Translations under genes and position numbers: made by a program
Origin: an uncultured Acidimicrobiia bacterium
GTDB lineage: Bacteria > Actinomycetota > Acidimicrobiia > Spongiisociales > ZC4RG35
Direction: 5' to 3'
DNA length: 64,000 bases
NCBI GenBank assembly: GCA_964195405.1
Contig: CAXMPK010000267.1
Location: forward strand, 6,602 to 70,601
In this document: positions 48,842-58,385 of the stretch, piece after piece
Position numbering within the stretch: position 1 is the first letter of the stretch
Layout of the letters: every line of letters starts with the position of its first letter
Notes under the pieces: model-generated
The model's database searches: none
What the model saw: only the letters and a program-made list of their open reading frames with translations
What the model was told of the DNA's origin: nothing

Positions 48842-48991
48842 ATGAGTAAGCCGTCTGTCGACGTCACCAAGCGTTTCGGTGACGACGTGGTTGCGATTGA
48901 CGGGATCGATCTCATCACTGAGGACGGAGAGTTCTTTTCTCGCCTTGGTCCGTCCGGCTGTGCCAAGACCACCACCCTCAGGCTGACGTGA
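48842..48991 (+). pseudogene. potA-like ABC ATPase remnant (first 49 codons only)
   Basis: My translation is [49 protein letters not shown]. This is the N-terminus of a PotA/CysA-type ATPase. The Walker A is altered (GPSGCAKT) and a stop follows immediately. There are no Q-loop, signature or Walker B motifs, and no potB/potC follows. Confidence 0.7.
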
Positions 48992-49048
48992 CTTGGCGGC
49001 TGGCGGCAGCAAACATGGTGGCGGGGTGACGTGGCAGACAAGGAGCAC

Positions 49049-50182
49049 ATGGCCAAGCGCAGCCGACTCATCGCCTTATTCGTCGGTCTCTCTCTTGTTC
49101 TTGCCGCTTGCGGCAGTGGCGACGAGAACGCAGCGGTCGACACCGCCGCCGAGCTGCCGGGACGTGACGACGAGGCAGTAGTCTGCGAAGCCGGCCAGAC
49201 CGACGGTGATCTCAACCTCTATATCTGGACCGAGTACATCGACCCCGACCTGATCGCCGCTTTCGAGGAGGAGACAGGTGTCGAGGTGGTTGCTGACTTC
49301 TACGACTCCAACGAGGCAATGCTCGCCAAGCTTCAGTCCGGAGCCGTTTACGACTTGATCGTGCCTTCGGACTACATGGTCGGCATCATGATCGAGGACA
49401 GCATCCTGGCCGAAATCCAACGCGATGCGGTTCCCAATCTGGCCCATCTCGCCCCCTTCTTCGCTGATCCCGCCTACGACCCGGGAGCCGTGTATTCGGC
49501 TGCATATCAGTGGGGCACGACCGGGCTCGGTGTCAACATGGATGTTGTTGGCGAGGATTTCGAGGCGACCTGGGGTCTTGTATTCGACCCCGACCTCATC
49601 GCCGAATATCCAGGCGGGGTGTCTTTGCTCAATGACCCACGGGAAACCATGGGCGCGGCGCTCAAGTATCTCGGCTATTCGTTGAACAGCACCAGTGAGG
49701 CAGAGCTTCAGGAAGCCGCCGATGTCATCGCAGCTGCCAAGGAGTACGTTGCCCAGTTCGATAGCGATCGGTACGACGATTCACTGGTCTCGGGTGAGGT
49801 TGCGGTAGCCCATGGCCGCTCGGGCAACTTCTTCGTCTCTTTCGACGATGTCGACGGTTGGGATACCTATGCCTATGTGATCCCAAACGAGGGTGCCACG
49901 ATCTGGATCGACAACATGTCGGTCCCGGTCACGGCGGAGCATCCCTGTACGGCACACACATTCATCAACTTCCTGCTGGATGCGGAAAATGGCGCTGCAC
50001 TGACCAACTGGAGCTTTTATGCGAGCCCCAACCTGGCCGCAGAAGCCTTTATTGACCCAGAGATTCTGGAGGACGAAACCATCTACCCCTCAGAAGAGTT
50101 GTCGGAGCTTCTCGAGATCATCACCGACACCGGCAATTTCGAGGTCCAGTACACCAACTACTTCGCTATCGCCAAGACTTGA
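49049..50182 (+). CDS. spermidine/putrescine ABC transporter substrate-binding lipoprotein (PotD/PotF family)
   Basis: Lipobox LVLAAC. Motifs ..LNLYIWTEYIDP..I..FE..TG..V....YDSNE.M.AKL..G...YD...PS.Y... Confidence 0.85.
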   Translation: MAKRSRLIALFVGLSLVLAACGSGDENAAVDTAAELPGRDDEAVVCEAGQTDGDLNLYIWTEYIDPDLIAAFEEETGVEVVADFYDSNEAMLAKLQSGAVYDLIVPSDYMVGIMIEDSILAEIQRDAVPNLAHLAPFFADPAYDPGAVYSAAYQWGTTGLGVNMDVVGEDFEATWGLVFDPDLIAEYPGGVSLLNDPRETMGAALKYLGYSLNSTSEAELQEAADVIAAAKEYVAQFDSDRYDDSLVSGEVAVAHGRSGNFFVSFDDVDGWDTYAYVIPNEGATIWIDNMSVPVTAEHPCTAHTFINFLLDAENGAALTNWSFYASPNLAAEAFIDPEILEDETIYPSEELSELLEIITDTGNFEVQYTNYFAIAKT

Positions 50183-50214
50183 AATGGTGGGTCTCTTGTC
50201 GAGGCCCACCATTT
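50182..50214 (+). terminator. hairpin terminator candidate after the potD-like gene
   Basis: AAATGGTGGG (50182-50191) and CCCACCATTT (50205-50214) form a perfect 10-bp stem with a 13-nt loop, followed by a T-containing CTGTAC tail. Confidence 0.5.
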
Positions 50215-50230
50215 CTGTACCGTGTAGTTC

Positions 50231-51262
50231 GTGTTTGGCGGACAGCTAAGGGTTCTCGAGATCTTCGGCGACTCGGTTGATTTGGGTCGCGGCCACGGGG
50301 CAGCTTGCGGGTCGATGATCCGCAAATACCTCGACGACCGGCTCGGCCTGACCGCCCAGGAGCAGTGGAGTGGCGGGGCATCCGACGTTGATTTGATTCT
50401 CGACCTCGCATCCCAAACTCTCCCTCATCACGAGGCGTTCTCGCCCTCGCTGTATGCCGAAATGGTGGTGATGGCCGAGACCGCAGCCATCAGCCCGGCT
50501 GAGGCTGTGGTTGTCGGTGGCTTTACCGACATCGTCGATGTTGTGCGGAGCCAGGTCGGATCAGCCCCGGACGAGCACAACTGCACTGCGGTCATCAACC
50601 CCGAAGCGGGCTTCTACGCCCAAACATGGGACATGCATGCATCTGCAGGCGAATATGTGATTCTGTTGAAGCTCGACCCTCTGATTGGCCCTGAGGCAAT
50701 CGTTCAAACCACAGCTGGTTGTCTCGGTCAGATCGGGTTGAACGAGGCTGGCATCTCGGTCGGGATCAACAACTTGAACTCGATGGGGAAGCCCGGGGTC
50801 ACATGGCCTTTTGTAGTGCGCAAGGTCTTGGAACAGGACAACCTCGAGGATGCAGTGGAGGTGGTGACTTCCGCCGACCTTGCTGGCGGGCACAACTTCA
50901 TGGTCATGGGCCCGGAAGGACGGGGCGTCAACATCGAGGCCATGCCCCATCATCAGCGGGTGACCACCGTTGAGAAAGAGCCGTTCGTCCATGCCAACCA
51001 CTGTCTCGATGAAACGACATCGCGCGAGCACGGGTATCGCGAGCCTGAGCACGTTGCCAACTCTGTGCTTCGTCTCGACATTGGTCGAACGAACTGTGCT
51101 GATGCCGAAGTCTTCTTCAAAGACCCCGAGATCAGCCGTCACGCCGACGACCTCCACGACGTCGCTACCTGTGGTGCGGTCATCATTGAGCCGGCCCGTC
51201 GGAGGATGCGGGCCCTATGGGGTGTTCCCGGTGACCACGCCTGGGAGACCTTCCAACTTTGA
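50231..51262 (+). CDS. C45-family autoproteolytic acyltransferase/hydrolase (acyl-CoA:6-APA acyltransferase-like)
   Basis: Ntn-type ..HNCTAV.. nucleophile context. Motifs ..QTWDMH.., ..GINNL and ..GGHNFMV... GTG start. Confidence 0.7.
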   Translation: MFGGQLRVLEIFGDSVDLGRGHGAACGSMIRKYLDDRLGLTAQEQWSGGASDVDLILDLASQTLPHHEAFSPSLYAEMVVMAETAAISPAEAVVVGGFTDIVDVVRSQVGSAPDEHNCTAVINPEAGFYAQTWDMHASAGEYVILLKLDPLIGPEAIVQTTAGCLGQIGLNEAGISVGINNLNSMGKPGVTWPFVVRKVLEQDNLEDAVEVVTSADLAGGHNFMVMGPEGRGVNIEAMPHHQRVTTVEKEPFVHANHCLDETTSREHGYREPEHVANSVLRLDIGRTNCADAEVFFKDPEISRHADDLHDVATCGAVIIEPARRRMRALWGVPGDHAWETFQL

Positions 51263-51873
51263 CCAACGTCGAGGTCGTCAATCTCGACGTGGAGCTTGCC
51301 TCCGAATTGGCAATGATCGAACTGGCATGCTTCCCGAAGGCGAACCCCGACGGTCTCCTATCGGAGGAGGACATCCGCGCCTATGCCACTGTTTTTCCCG
51401 AGGGCTATTTCGTGGCGATGGTCGACGACCGACCCGTCGGCATGGGAGCTGGGATTTACCTCGACTTCGACTTCCAACAGCCTCAACACACACTGGCCGA
51501 CATAAGCGGGCAACATCAGTGCGGCAATCATGATCCCCTTGGGGAGTGGTATTACGGGACTGACATCACGGTTCATCCCGACTTCCGAGGGAGAGGCATC
51601 GGTCGGCTGCTCTATGAAAGACGCAAGCGTCTCGTGATCGCGGACAAGAAGAGGGGGATCGTCGCCGGTGGATCGTTACCCGGCTACTACGAGCACAAGA
51701 CGACACTGCCGATCGAGATCTACGTAGACCGGGTGGTGGCTGGAGAGCTGTTTGACCCCACACTCAGTTTTCAGTTGGCCAACGGATTCGAGGTTCGTGG
51801 GCTATTGGAGAACTACGTCGAAGACGAGGTCGACGATGGTTGGGCTGCCCTCATCGTGTGGGAGAACCGCTAG
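51259..51873 (+). CDS. GNAT family N-acetyltransferase
   Basis: Acetyl-CoA motif ..VHPDFRGRGIGRLLY... The TTG start overlaps the upstream stop. Confidence 0.75.
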   Translation: MTNVEVVNLDVELASELAMIELACFPKANPDGLLSEEDIRAYATVFPEGYFVAMVDDRPVGMGAGIYLDFDFQQPQHTLADISGQHQCGNHDPLGEWYYGTDITVHPDFRGRGIGRLLYERRKRLVIADKKRGIVAGGSLPGYYEHKTTLPIEIYVDRVVAGELFDPTLSFQLANGFEVRGLLENYVEDEVDDGWAALIVWENR

Positions 51874-52876
51874 CCCCCTCTATCTTGCGCTCCGCCATCC
51901 CGTTGAGCATCTCGAGGACCACCCGATTGGCCAGATAGGCGGTCTGTTCGCCGGGGCCGTCGTAGGGGGGAGAGACCTCAACAATGTCTCCGCCCAGCAC
52001 GTTCAAGTCCTTGGATAGTCGCCGGACAGTGTCAAGCAACTCTCGCGATGTGAGTCCACCTGGTTCGGGAGTGCCCGTGCCCGGCGCGAACGCAGGATCG
52101 ACGACATCGATGTCAACCGAGATGAAGACACCTTTGGCGCCACCATCGAGCGCGTAGTCCACTGCATCATCGACCACGGCTTCGAGACCACGGTCCACGA
52201 TCTCATTCATCAGAAACGTTCGCATCTTCTGCTCACGTCCCCACTCCATGACTTCCGGTTCCGGCCAGTAGCCGCGCAGCCCTATTTGCACGAAGCGATG
52301 ACCAGGGACCGCACCGGACTCGACGAGTCGACGCATCGGGGTCCCGTGACCGACCAAAGCCCCCCTCTGAAGGAACCCGGTGTCAGCATGAGCGTCGAAG
52401 TGGATCAAGGCGAACTCACCAAACCCGTAGACACGGGCGATACCCATAGCGTTGGGCCATGTAATCGTGTGATCACCTCCGAGGATGATGGGGACCTTGC
52501 CGGCATCGGCGACGTAGGCAACTGTGTCTGCAATCTCCTTCACCGATTCGTCGATCTCACCGGGGTTGACGAGAACATCACCAACGTCGACCACCCCGAG
52601 AGTCTCAAACGGGTCAATCCCGGTTGGGAGATGGGGCCGGTATCCATCCATCGCCCCGTAGTCGGCTCCTCTAATGGCGGCTGGGCCGAACCGGGCACCC
52701 GGTCGAAAGGTGGCTCCCCAGTCGAAAGGCGCACCGAGGATGACCACGTCTTCATCGCCGAGTTCACTCATCGGACGAGCTGGGCAACCGAGGAACGAAC
52801 TGCGGGACGCAAACGAGAAGTACTCGGATGACGCGAACGGAACCTCCGTCTTGCGTTGGCTGTAGGGGGTGTACAT
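51851..52876 (-). CDS. speB: agmatinase / ureohydrolase family protein
   Basis: Mn ligand motifs ..GGDHTIT.., ..HFDAHADT and ..SVDIDVVDPAFAPGTGTPEPGG... The exact substrate (agmatine or another guanidino compound) is not decidable from the sequence. Confidence 0.8.
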   Translation of the reverse strand: MYTPYSQRKTEVPFASSEYFSFASRSSFLGCPARPMSELGDEDVVILGAPFDWGATFRPGARFGPAAIRGADYGAMDGYRPHLPTGIDPFETLGVVDVGDVLVNPGEIDESVKEIADTVAYVADAGKVPIILGGDHTITWPNAMGIARVYGFGEFALIHFDAHADTGFLQRGALVGHGTPMRRLVESGAVPGHRFVQIGLRGYWPEPEVMEWGREQKMRTFLMNEIVDRGLEAVVDDAVDYALDGGAKGVFISVDIDVVDPAFAPGTGTPEPGGLTSRELLDTVRRLSKDLNVLGGDIVEVSPPYDGPGEQTAYLANRVVLEMLNGMAERKIEGASGSPTR

Positions 52877-52916
52877 CGATCCGATACGCTAACTCGCCCC
52901 AACCCGCAGAGTTCCT

Positions 52917-54197
52917 ATGACACCTGAGGATGTTCAGCGCACGTATCTGACGTTGCTCCTGCTTCAGACTCTGGCCGCATCTTTGATCTGGGGAGTCAAC
53001 ACCTTGTTCCTTCTCGACGCGGGGCTCACCCTGACCGAAGCATTCGTGGCTAATGCCGCATTCACCGCGGGAATGGTGCTGTTCGAAGTGCCGACGGGAG
53101 TGGTTGCCGACGCTGCCGGCCGCCGGATCTCATTTATTCTGGGTGCGGCGACCCTCCTGGTGACGACCGTCGCCTACCTAGGCTTGTGGTGGGCAGAGGC
53201 CGACCTGCTGTGGTGGGTGGTGGTATCGATCCTCATCGGGCTTGGTTTCACCTTCTTCTCTGGTGCAACCGAGGCCTGGTTGATCGATGCCCTCGAGGCG
53301 ACCGGTTTCGACGGTGCTGTCGAGACGGTTTTTGGCAAAGGACAAATGGCCAGCGGGCTGGCGACTCTGGTGGGCACGATCCTTGGCGGATTCCTCGCCC
53401 AAGTGAGTCTTGGTGTTCCCTACGCCGTCCGCAGCGCAATGTTGGTCATCGTGATTGTGGTGGCTTATCTGAAGATGCATGACATCGGCTACACGCCGAT
53501 CAAAGGACAATCGATCCGGGAGGAGATGACCACCATCGTCAAGGCGTCGATGAAACACGGCTTCGGCAACCCGCCAATCCGGATGTTCCTGCTGAGTGCC
53601 CCCTTCGCGATGGGGATCGGCATCTGGGTCTTCTACGCCTTTCAGCCCTACTTGCTGGAACTCTTCGGTGACAAGAGTGCCTTTTACCTATCCGGTATCG
53701 CGGCAGCCATATTCGCCACTGCCCAGATGGCTGGTGGCGCGTCGATCAATCTGGTGCGCAGATTCATACGGTCACGGACCGCGATCATCAGCTTCGAAGT
53801 CGCCATGGGAGCATTGGCAATCATCGGCGTTGGTCTAGCCGAGTGGCTGGACAGCCCGCTCGGCTTTTGGGTGGCGATCGTCCTGCTCACCTTCGTGGCG
53901 ATGCTCTGGGCCGTCTCAGGCCCGATGCAGCAGGCCTACATGAACGAGATCATCCCGTCGGAGCAGCGGGCAACGGTTCTTTCCTTCTCCTCGTTGATGG
54001 GTAGTGCTGGGGGAGTCGTGGCGCAGCCGGCGCTGGCCAGGGTCGCTGACGTGTGGTCACTTGGTGTCGGTTACATCGTCGCTGGCGTCATATATGCGAT
54101 TCGATTGCCTTTCATCCTGGCGATCAAACGGATGGATCTTCCCGCTGACCACATCGAACCCCCATCGGATGTGGTGGAAGCTGACGTTCTGGCATGA
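52917..54197 (+). CDS. MFS transporter (12 TMS)
   Basis: 12 hydrophobic segments and the ..PTGVVADAAGRR.. MFS loop motif. Confidence 0.8.
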   Translation: MTPEDVQRTYLTLLLLQTLAASLIWGVNTLFLLDAGLTLTEAFVANAAFTAGMVLFEVPTGVVADAAGRRISFILGAATLLVTTVAYLGLWWAEADLLWWVVVSILIGLGFTFFSGATEAWLIDALEATGFDGAVETVFGKGQMASGLATLVGTILGGFLAQVSLGVPYAVRSAMLVIVIVVAYLKMHDIGYTPIKGQSIREEMTTIVKASMKHGFGNPPIRMFLLSAPFAMGIGIWVFYAFQPYLLELFGDKSAFYLSGIAAAIFATAQMAGGASINLVRRFIRSRTAIISFEVAMGALAIIGVGLAEWLDSPLGFWVAIVLLTFVAMLWAVSGPMQQAYMNEIIPSEQRATVLSFSSLMGSAGGVVAQPALARVADVWSLGVGYIVAGVIYAIRLPFILAIKRMDLPADHIEPPSDVVEADVLA

Positions 54198-54436
54198 TGG
54201 CCGCTATGCCAGAGCAGACCGTAGACACTGAGATCACTCCGGCGGCCCGAATGGGCAAGGCCATTGTGCGGGGGGTGAAGATAGGGTTCCCCACGGCCAT
54301 CGTCGGATTGACTCTGGTGGTTTGGCTGATCACCGATCTCGATTTTGGCGACTCCTTTGCGACGGCCTTGTTGCCGGGTGTCCTGCTAGGTGGTTTTGCC
54401 GGCGGTTTCGTGGGCATGGCTCGGACGATGGACTAG
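54194..54436 (+). CDS. hypothetical small membrane protein
   Basis: 80 aa with two TM segments. ATGA overlap with the MFS stop. Confidence 0.5.
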   Translation: MMAAMPEQTVDTEITPAARMGKAIVRGVKIGFPTAIVGLTLVVWLITDLDFGDSFATALLPGVLLGGFAGGFVGMARTMD

Positions 54437-54568
54437 TGACACACCACTAATCCGAATACCGTAAAACCTCAGGAAGTAACAGACCGAATGTGGTCCGAAT
54501 TCGGTCACCTTCGCCACGTGGCGCGGCGAGCGCCGACCTCTGTAATCTCCCTTGAAGAAGGAGTGAGA

Positions 54569-54730
54569 ATGAGTCTCCAGGGCAAACAAACGACAGCATG
54601 GTTCCAACGAGCGTCCGGGACGCTCATAAGCGGTGTTCCCTCTCAATTCCGTTACTGGGGCGATGAGGACGCGGCAAAGACACTTCATGTGTTCGAAGAA
54701 TCGTTGACCGAAGCACTGGGCGAAATGTGA
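54569..54730 (+). CDS. hypothetical small protein (53 aa)
   Basis: The internal ATG at 54569 is preceded by a strong GAAGGAG SD. Its stop overlaps the dapB GTG start. Confidence 0.45.
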   Translation: MSLQGKQTTAWFQRASGTLISGVPSQFRYWGDEDAAKTLHVFEESLTEALGEM

Positions 54731-55473
54731 CCCGAGTCGCTGTATCGGGGGCTGGAGGCAACCTCGCCGGCCCCATCATCGCCGCCATCGATGAGGCCGA
54801 AGATCTCGAACTGACCGGTCTCTACAACCCCAACCGAGCGGGTCAGGAGATTTCAGGTGTCGTTGTCGTGCCCGACGCCCTGCGTGTTGAAGCCGACGTT
54901 TTGATCGAGACCGCTCATCCCGATGTGGTCTTCGACAACCTGGAGGCATGGAACGAGCTCGGGCTTGCGACGGTGGTGGGCACGTCGGGGTTCACTCCTG
55001 ACCGTCTCGAACAACTCCGTGAGTCCTGGGGTAGCGACCAACCTTGTCTGGTAGTGCCGAACTTCTCCATCGGTGCCGTGCTGATGATGAGGTTTGCTGC
55101 TGATGCTGCGCCGCACTTCGAGGCTGTGGAAGTCATCGAGCGACACCACTCGACCAAGCCGGACGCACCGTCGGGCACTGCGCTGGCTACGGCCATTGGA
55201 ATCGCTGGGACTGGTGGCACCTCGGCCGAAGAGTCTGAAGAGTTGGTGCCGGGCGCCAGGGGGGCTTCGGTGGAGGGGATTCGTGTGCATTCGCTCAGAC
55301 TCCCGGGGCTGATCTCGCAGCAAGAAGTTGCGCTTTCCAACGTGGGTGAGGTTCTCTCGATCGAGCACCTCTCAACCAGCTACGAATCGTTTGCAGCCGG
55401 GGCGATGCTGGCCGCACGTCGTGTCCAGTCCCTCGACGGCGGTGTTCATCTCGGGTTGGACACGGTCATCTAA
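54727..55473 (+). CDS. dapB: 4-hydroxy-tetrahydrodipicolinate reductase
   Basis: Motifs ..V.GA.G..G.., ..VGTSGF and ..E.HHSTKPDAPSGTA... Confidence 0.9.
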   Translation: MTRVAVSGAGGNLAGPIIAAIDEAEDLELTGLYNPNRAGQEISGVVVVPDALRVEADVLIETAHPDVVFDNLEAWNELGLATVVGTSGFTPDRLEQLRESWGSDQPCLVVPNFSIGAVLMMRFAADAAPHFEAVEVIERHHSTKPDAPSGTALATAIGIAGTGGTSAEESEELVPGARGASVEGIRVHSLRLPGLISQQEVALSNVGEVLSIEHLSTSYESFAAGAMLAARRVQSLDGGVHLGLDTVI

Positions 55474-55481
55474 CGCGACCA

Positions 55482-57113
55482 ATGGCGAAGATTCACGGTG
55501 GACAGATAATTGCTCGGGCTCTCAAGAATGAGGGCGTAGATGCCCTTTTCACCCTGACAGGTGGTCACATCATCCCCATCCTGGACGGTTGTGCCCACGA
55601 GGGAATTCGGGTTGTCGACGTCCGTCACGAACAGACGGCGGCGCACGCTGCTGAGGCGTACACCCGTCTGACCGGCAAACTCGGTGTGGCTGCCGTCACA
55701 GCTGGTCCCGGTGTCACCGATACCGTCACTGGCATTGCCACTGCGTTCTATGGGGCAACGCCGATGTTGGTGATCGGTGGTCGTCACATGATTCGTCAGG
55801 AGATGAAAGGGGGGCTCCAGGAGATGGATCACACCCGACTCTTTCACTCGATCACCAAATGGTCGGCCACCGCGTGGGAGGTCGACCGTCTCGCTGACTA
55901 CATCTCTACCGCAACTCGTCACGCCTTCGAAGGTCGCGGTGGTCCTGTGTTCCTCGATGTGCCCATGGATGTCCAATTCGACATGGTGGAGGAGACCGCG
56001 GTCCGGTTCCCGACATCATCCCGGGAGTCGGCGGGTTTTGGAGCCGACCAACCTGCGTTGGAGTTGATCGTCGACTCACTCACCGGCGCCGAGCGGATAT
56101 TGGTCTTTGCCGGCGCCGGCCCTCGCCGGGACGATCCCAATCATCTCGTCGACCTGGCCGAAATCCTTCAAGCGCCGACTTACGTCAACAGCAGAGCACG
56201 TGGTTCGCTCCCGTATAGACACCCCCTGCTGGGCTCATTTCAGCGTTCGAAGGCGATGGCCGAAGCTGAGGTAGTTCTGGCGCTAGGTGTCGATTGGGAT
56301 TTCAGAACGTCTTACGGCGAGAAGATCTCGCCCGATGCGACGGTGATCCAGATAGATGGCGATGCCACCAAGATTGGCTGGAACCGACCCGCCCACATTG
56401 GGGTCGTGGCCGATCCGATGACAGTCGTGTCCCAACTCGTCGACATGGCGGACCAAATAGAACGAAGCGAAACACCGGCCTGGACCAAAGAAATCATGGA
56501 AGCGGAGGCTGGGAAAGCCGAAGCGGCCCGGGCCGAAGCCGACGACAACTCATCGCCGGTGATGCCCCAGCGATTTGCCAAAGAGGTTTCGGAGTTCTTC
56601 GGCGCCGACGCCATCGTCTCGGTCGACGGTGGCGATATCGTTTCCACCACGGCACGCTGGCTACAGACCGCCACGGCGGGCCATGTGCTCGACCCGGGTC
56701 CTTTCGGCACCTTGGGAACCGGGGCGCCCTACGCGATCGCAGCTCAGGTTGTGTTTCCCGAGAAGCTGGTCGGCATTGTGTTCGGGGACGGTGGATTCGG
56801 ATTCAATGGCATGGAGTTCGACACCATGGTCCGGCTTGGTCTTCCCATCATCGGGGTGATCGGCAACGACGGCGTGTGGTCGAACATCAAGACGTTCCAC
56901 CGGATGGCGTTCCCCGACCGTCTGGTGGCGACTGATCTCGGCGTAAGGCCTTATCACGAAATGGTGAGGGGCCTGGGAGGTTACGGCGAGTTTGTCGATG
57001 ACCCCGATGAGATTCGCCCTGCGTTGGAGCGAGCCAAGGAGTCAGGTCTCCCGGCGTTGGTCAACGTCCACATTGCCGAAACGATGCGGATGTCCTCCAA
57101 CTACGCCCAGTAG
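55482..57113 (+). CDS. thiamine-pyrophosphate-binding enzyme (acetolactate synthase large-subunit-like)
   Basis: N-terminal ..G.HI.PI.D......I....RHEQ.AAHAAEAY.R.TG..GV...T.GPG.T. TPP motif ..GDGGFGFNGMEF.T..R..LP...VI.NN... Confidence 0.85.
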   Translation: MAKIHGGQIIARALKNEGVDALFTLTGGHIIPILDGCAHEGIRVVDVRHEQTAAHAAEAYTRLTGKLGVAAVTAGPGVTDTVTGIATAFYGATPMLVIGGRHMIRQEMKGGLQEMDHTRLFHSITKWSATAWEVDRLADYISTATRHAFEGRGGPVFLDVPMDVQFDMVEETAVRFPTSSRESAGFGADQPALELIVDSLTGAERILVFAGAGPRRDDPNHLVDLAEILQAPTYVNSRARGSLPYRHPLLGSFQRSKAMAEAEVVLALGVDWDFRTSYGEKISPDATVIQIDGDATKIGWNRPAHIGVVADPMTVVSQLVDMADQIERSETPAWTKEIMEAEAGKAEAARAEADDNSSPVMPQRFAKEVSEFFGADAIVSVDGGDIVSTTARWLQTATAGHVLDPGPFGTLGTGAPYAIAAQVVFPEKLVGIVFGDGGFGFNGMEFDTMVRLGLPIIGVIGNDGVWSNIKTFHRMAFPDRLVATDLGVRPYHEMVRGLGGYGEFVDDPDEIRPALERAKESGLPALVNVHIAETMRMSSNYAQ

Positions 57114-57180
57114 TTTGTGAAACCTCAGGTAGTAGCGCCCACTTCCTGGGCCTAACGTCCGTTTTGTGGGGCGCGCCACC

Positions 57181-57573
57181 TCATCTAGTCAACTCACCGG
57201 GGTGGTCGGGGACATCGACTGCGTACTCCTGCAAGGTCTGCAACGGGACCACCTGGAGGGCACGCTCGTGGGTGGCGGTCAACACGACGGGAGAAGCCGC
57301 GCCGTCCTGGTGGGATCTCAGCCAGTTTCCCGCGGTAACACACCACCGGTCTCCCGCCTTGAGTCCGGGAAAGTGATGCATCGGCATCGGTGTGGTCAGG
57401 TCATTGCCGATCGTCTTCTGATGTTCCAAGAATTCCTCGGTGACGACGGCACAGATCGTGTGACTCCCGGTATCGGTCGGCGCAGTCTCACAACTGCCGT
57501 CCCGGAACCAGCCAGTCACAGGATCGACCCCGCACAACTCAAGATCGCCGCCAAGCACATTGCGTTCCGGCAT
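57181..57573 (-). CDS. DUF2237 family protein
   Basis: Motifs ..RNVLGG.L..C...P.TG.FRDG.C.T...D.G.H..CA..T.EFL.. and ..LK.GD.WC... The ATG at 57573 shares 1 nt with the uppP stop. Confidence 0.8.
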   Translation of the reverse strand: MPERNVLGGDLELCGVDPVTGWFRDGSCETAPTDTGSHTICAVVTEEFLEHQKTIGNDLTTPMPMHHFPGLKAGDRWCVTAGNWLRSHQDGAASPVVLTATHERALQVVPLQTLQEYAVDVPDHPGELTR

Positions 57574-58355
57574 CAGAACACGATGACGGTGAGCAGACCC
57601 ACAGCCAGGCAATAGGCGGCAAACGGCATAAGACCCACTCGCTTCAACGTAGCGAGCAAAAACGCGATGGCGAAGTATCCAGACAAGCCGGCCACCACCA
57701 TCCCGACGATCAATTCGGGACCGAACTCACCCGATTCGATCACATCGGGTAGCGAGATGATTCCAGCTCCCGCAATTGCAGGTATTCCAAGCAAGAACGA
57801 GAACCGGGCAGCCTGAGTCGGCTCGAATTTGCGGCCATTCCCAGTCGAGATGGTGATGCCCGACCTGGATATCCCGGGGATGAGAGCGAAGGCCTGGGCA
57901 ATTCCCACCCAGACCGCATCGGGTAGCCGTCCATCAACCAACTGGCGGGCCCCGGTGGCCAATCGTTGCCCGATCACGAGAATCACGCCGGTCGCCATGA
58001 GAGTCCACCCGATGTTGGAGACCGTTTGCGCAAACGTCTCCAGCGAATCCTTGAGGGGAAGACCGATGATCGCCGGGATGCTGCCGACAGCAACGAGTAC
58101 CGCGATAGTGCGACCTTGGCTGTCGCTGCGGAGTCGGAGCACTCGCATCACGTCTTTGCGAAAGTAGATCAGCACTGCAGCCAAAGTCCCCAGGTGAAGC
58201 ACCGCCGAAACGGCCAGACTCGGCGGAGCGACGTCGAAGCCAAACTTCTCCAAGTAGGCCGGGATGATCACCAAATGGCCCGAGGAGGAGATGGGGAGAA
58301 ACTCGGTGAGGCCCTGGACGAGGCCCCAAGTGATGGCGGGAAGCACGGCCGGCAC
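57573..58355 (-). CDS. uppP: undecaprenyl-diphosphate phosphatase
   Basis: Motifs ..QGLTEFLPISSSGH.. and ..PGISRSG.TI... 8 TM segments. Confidence 0.9.
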   Translation of the reverse strand: MPAVLPAITWGLVQGLTEFLPISSSGHLVIIPAYLEKFGFDVAPPSLAVSAVLHLGTLAAVLIYFRKDVMRVLRLRSDSQGRTIAVLVAVGSIPAIIGLPLKDSLETFAQTVSNIGWTLMATGVILVIGQRLATGARQLVDGRLPDAVWVGIAQAFALIPGISRSGITISTGNGRKFEPTQAARFSFLLGIPAIAGAGIISLPDVIESGEFGPELIVGMVVAGLSGYFAIAFLLATLKRVGLMPFAAYCLAVGLLTVIVF

Positions 58356-58385
58356 GGTAGCGGTCGTCGATTGATCCTCGATTGG

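Noticed and set aside
48754-49215. 153-aa minus-strand ORF bridging the aminotransferase / potD gap.
   Set aside because: It is antisense to the potA remnant and to the potD signal peptide. Its product is Ser/Pro/Arg-rich. The plus-strand reading (PotA N-terminus, PotD lipobox) explains the sequence better.
54464-57136. A similar 17-mer, AAACCTCAGGAAGTAAC (54464-54480) and AAACCTCAGGTAGTAGC (57120-57136), flanks the dapB / TPP-enzyme block. This could mark insertion-flanking direct repeats.
   Set aside because: It is only a 15/17 match. By a rough estimate, many such pairs are expected by chance among all position pairs in 64 kb. The enclosed genes are core genes with normal composition and no mobility gene.
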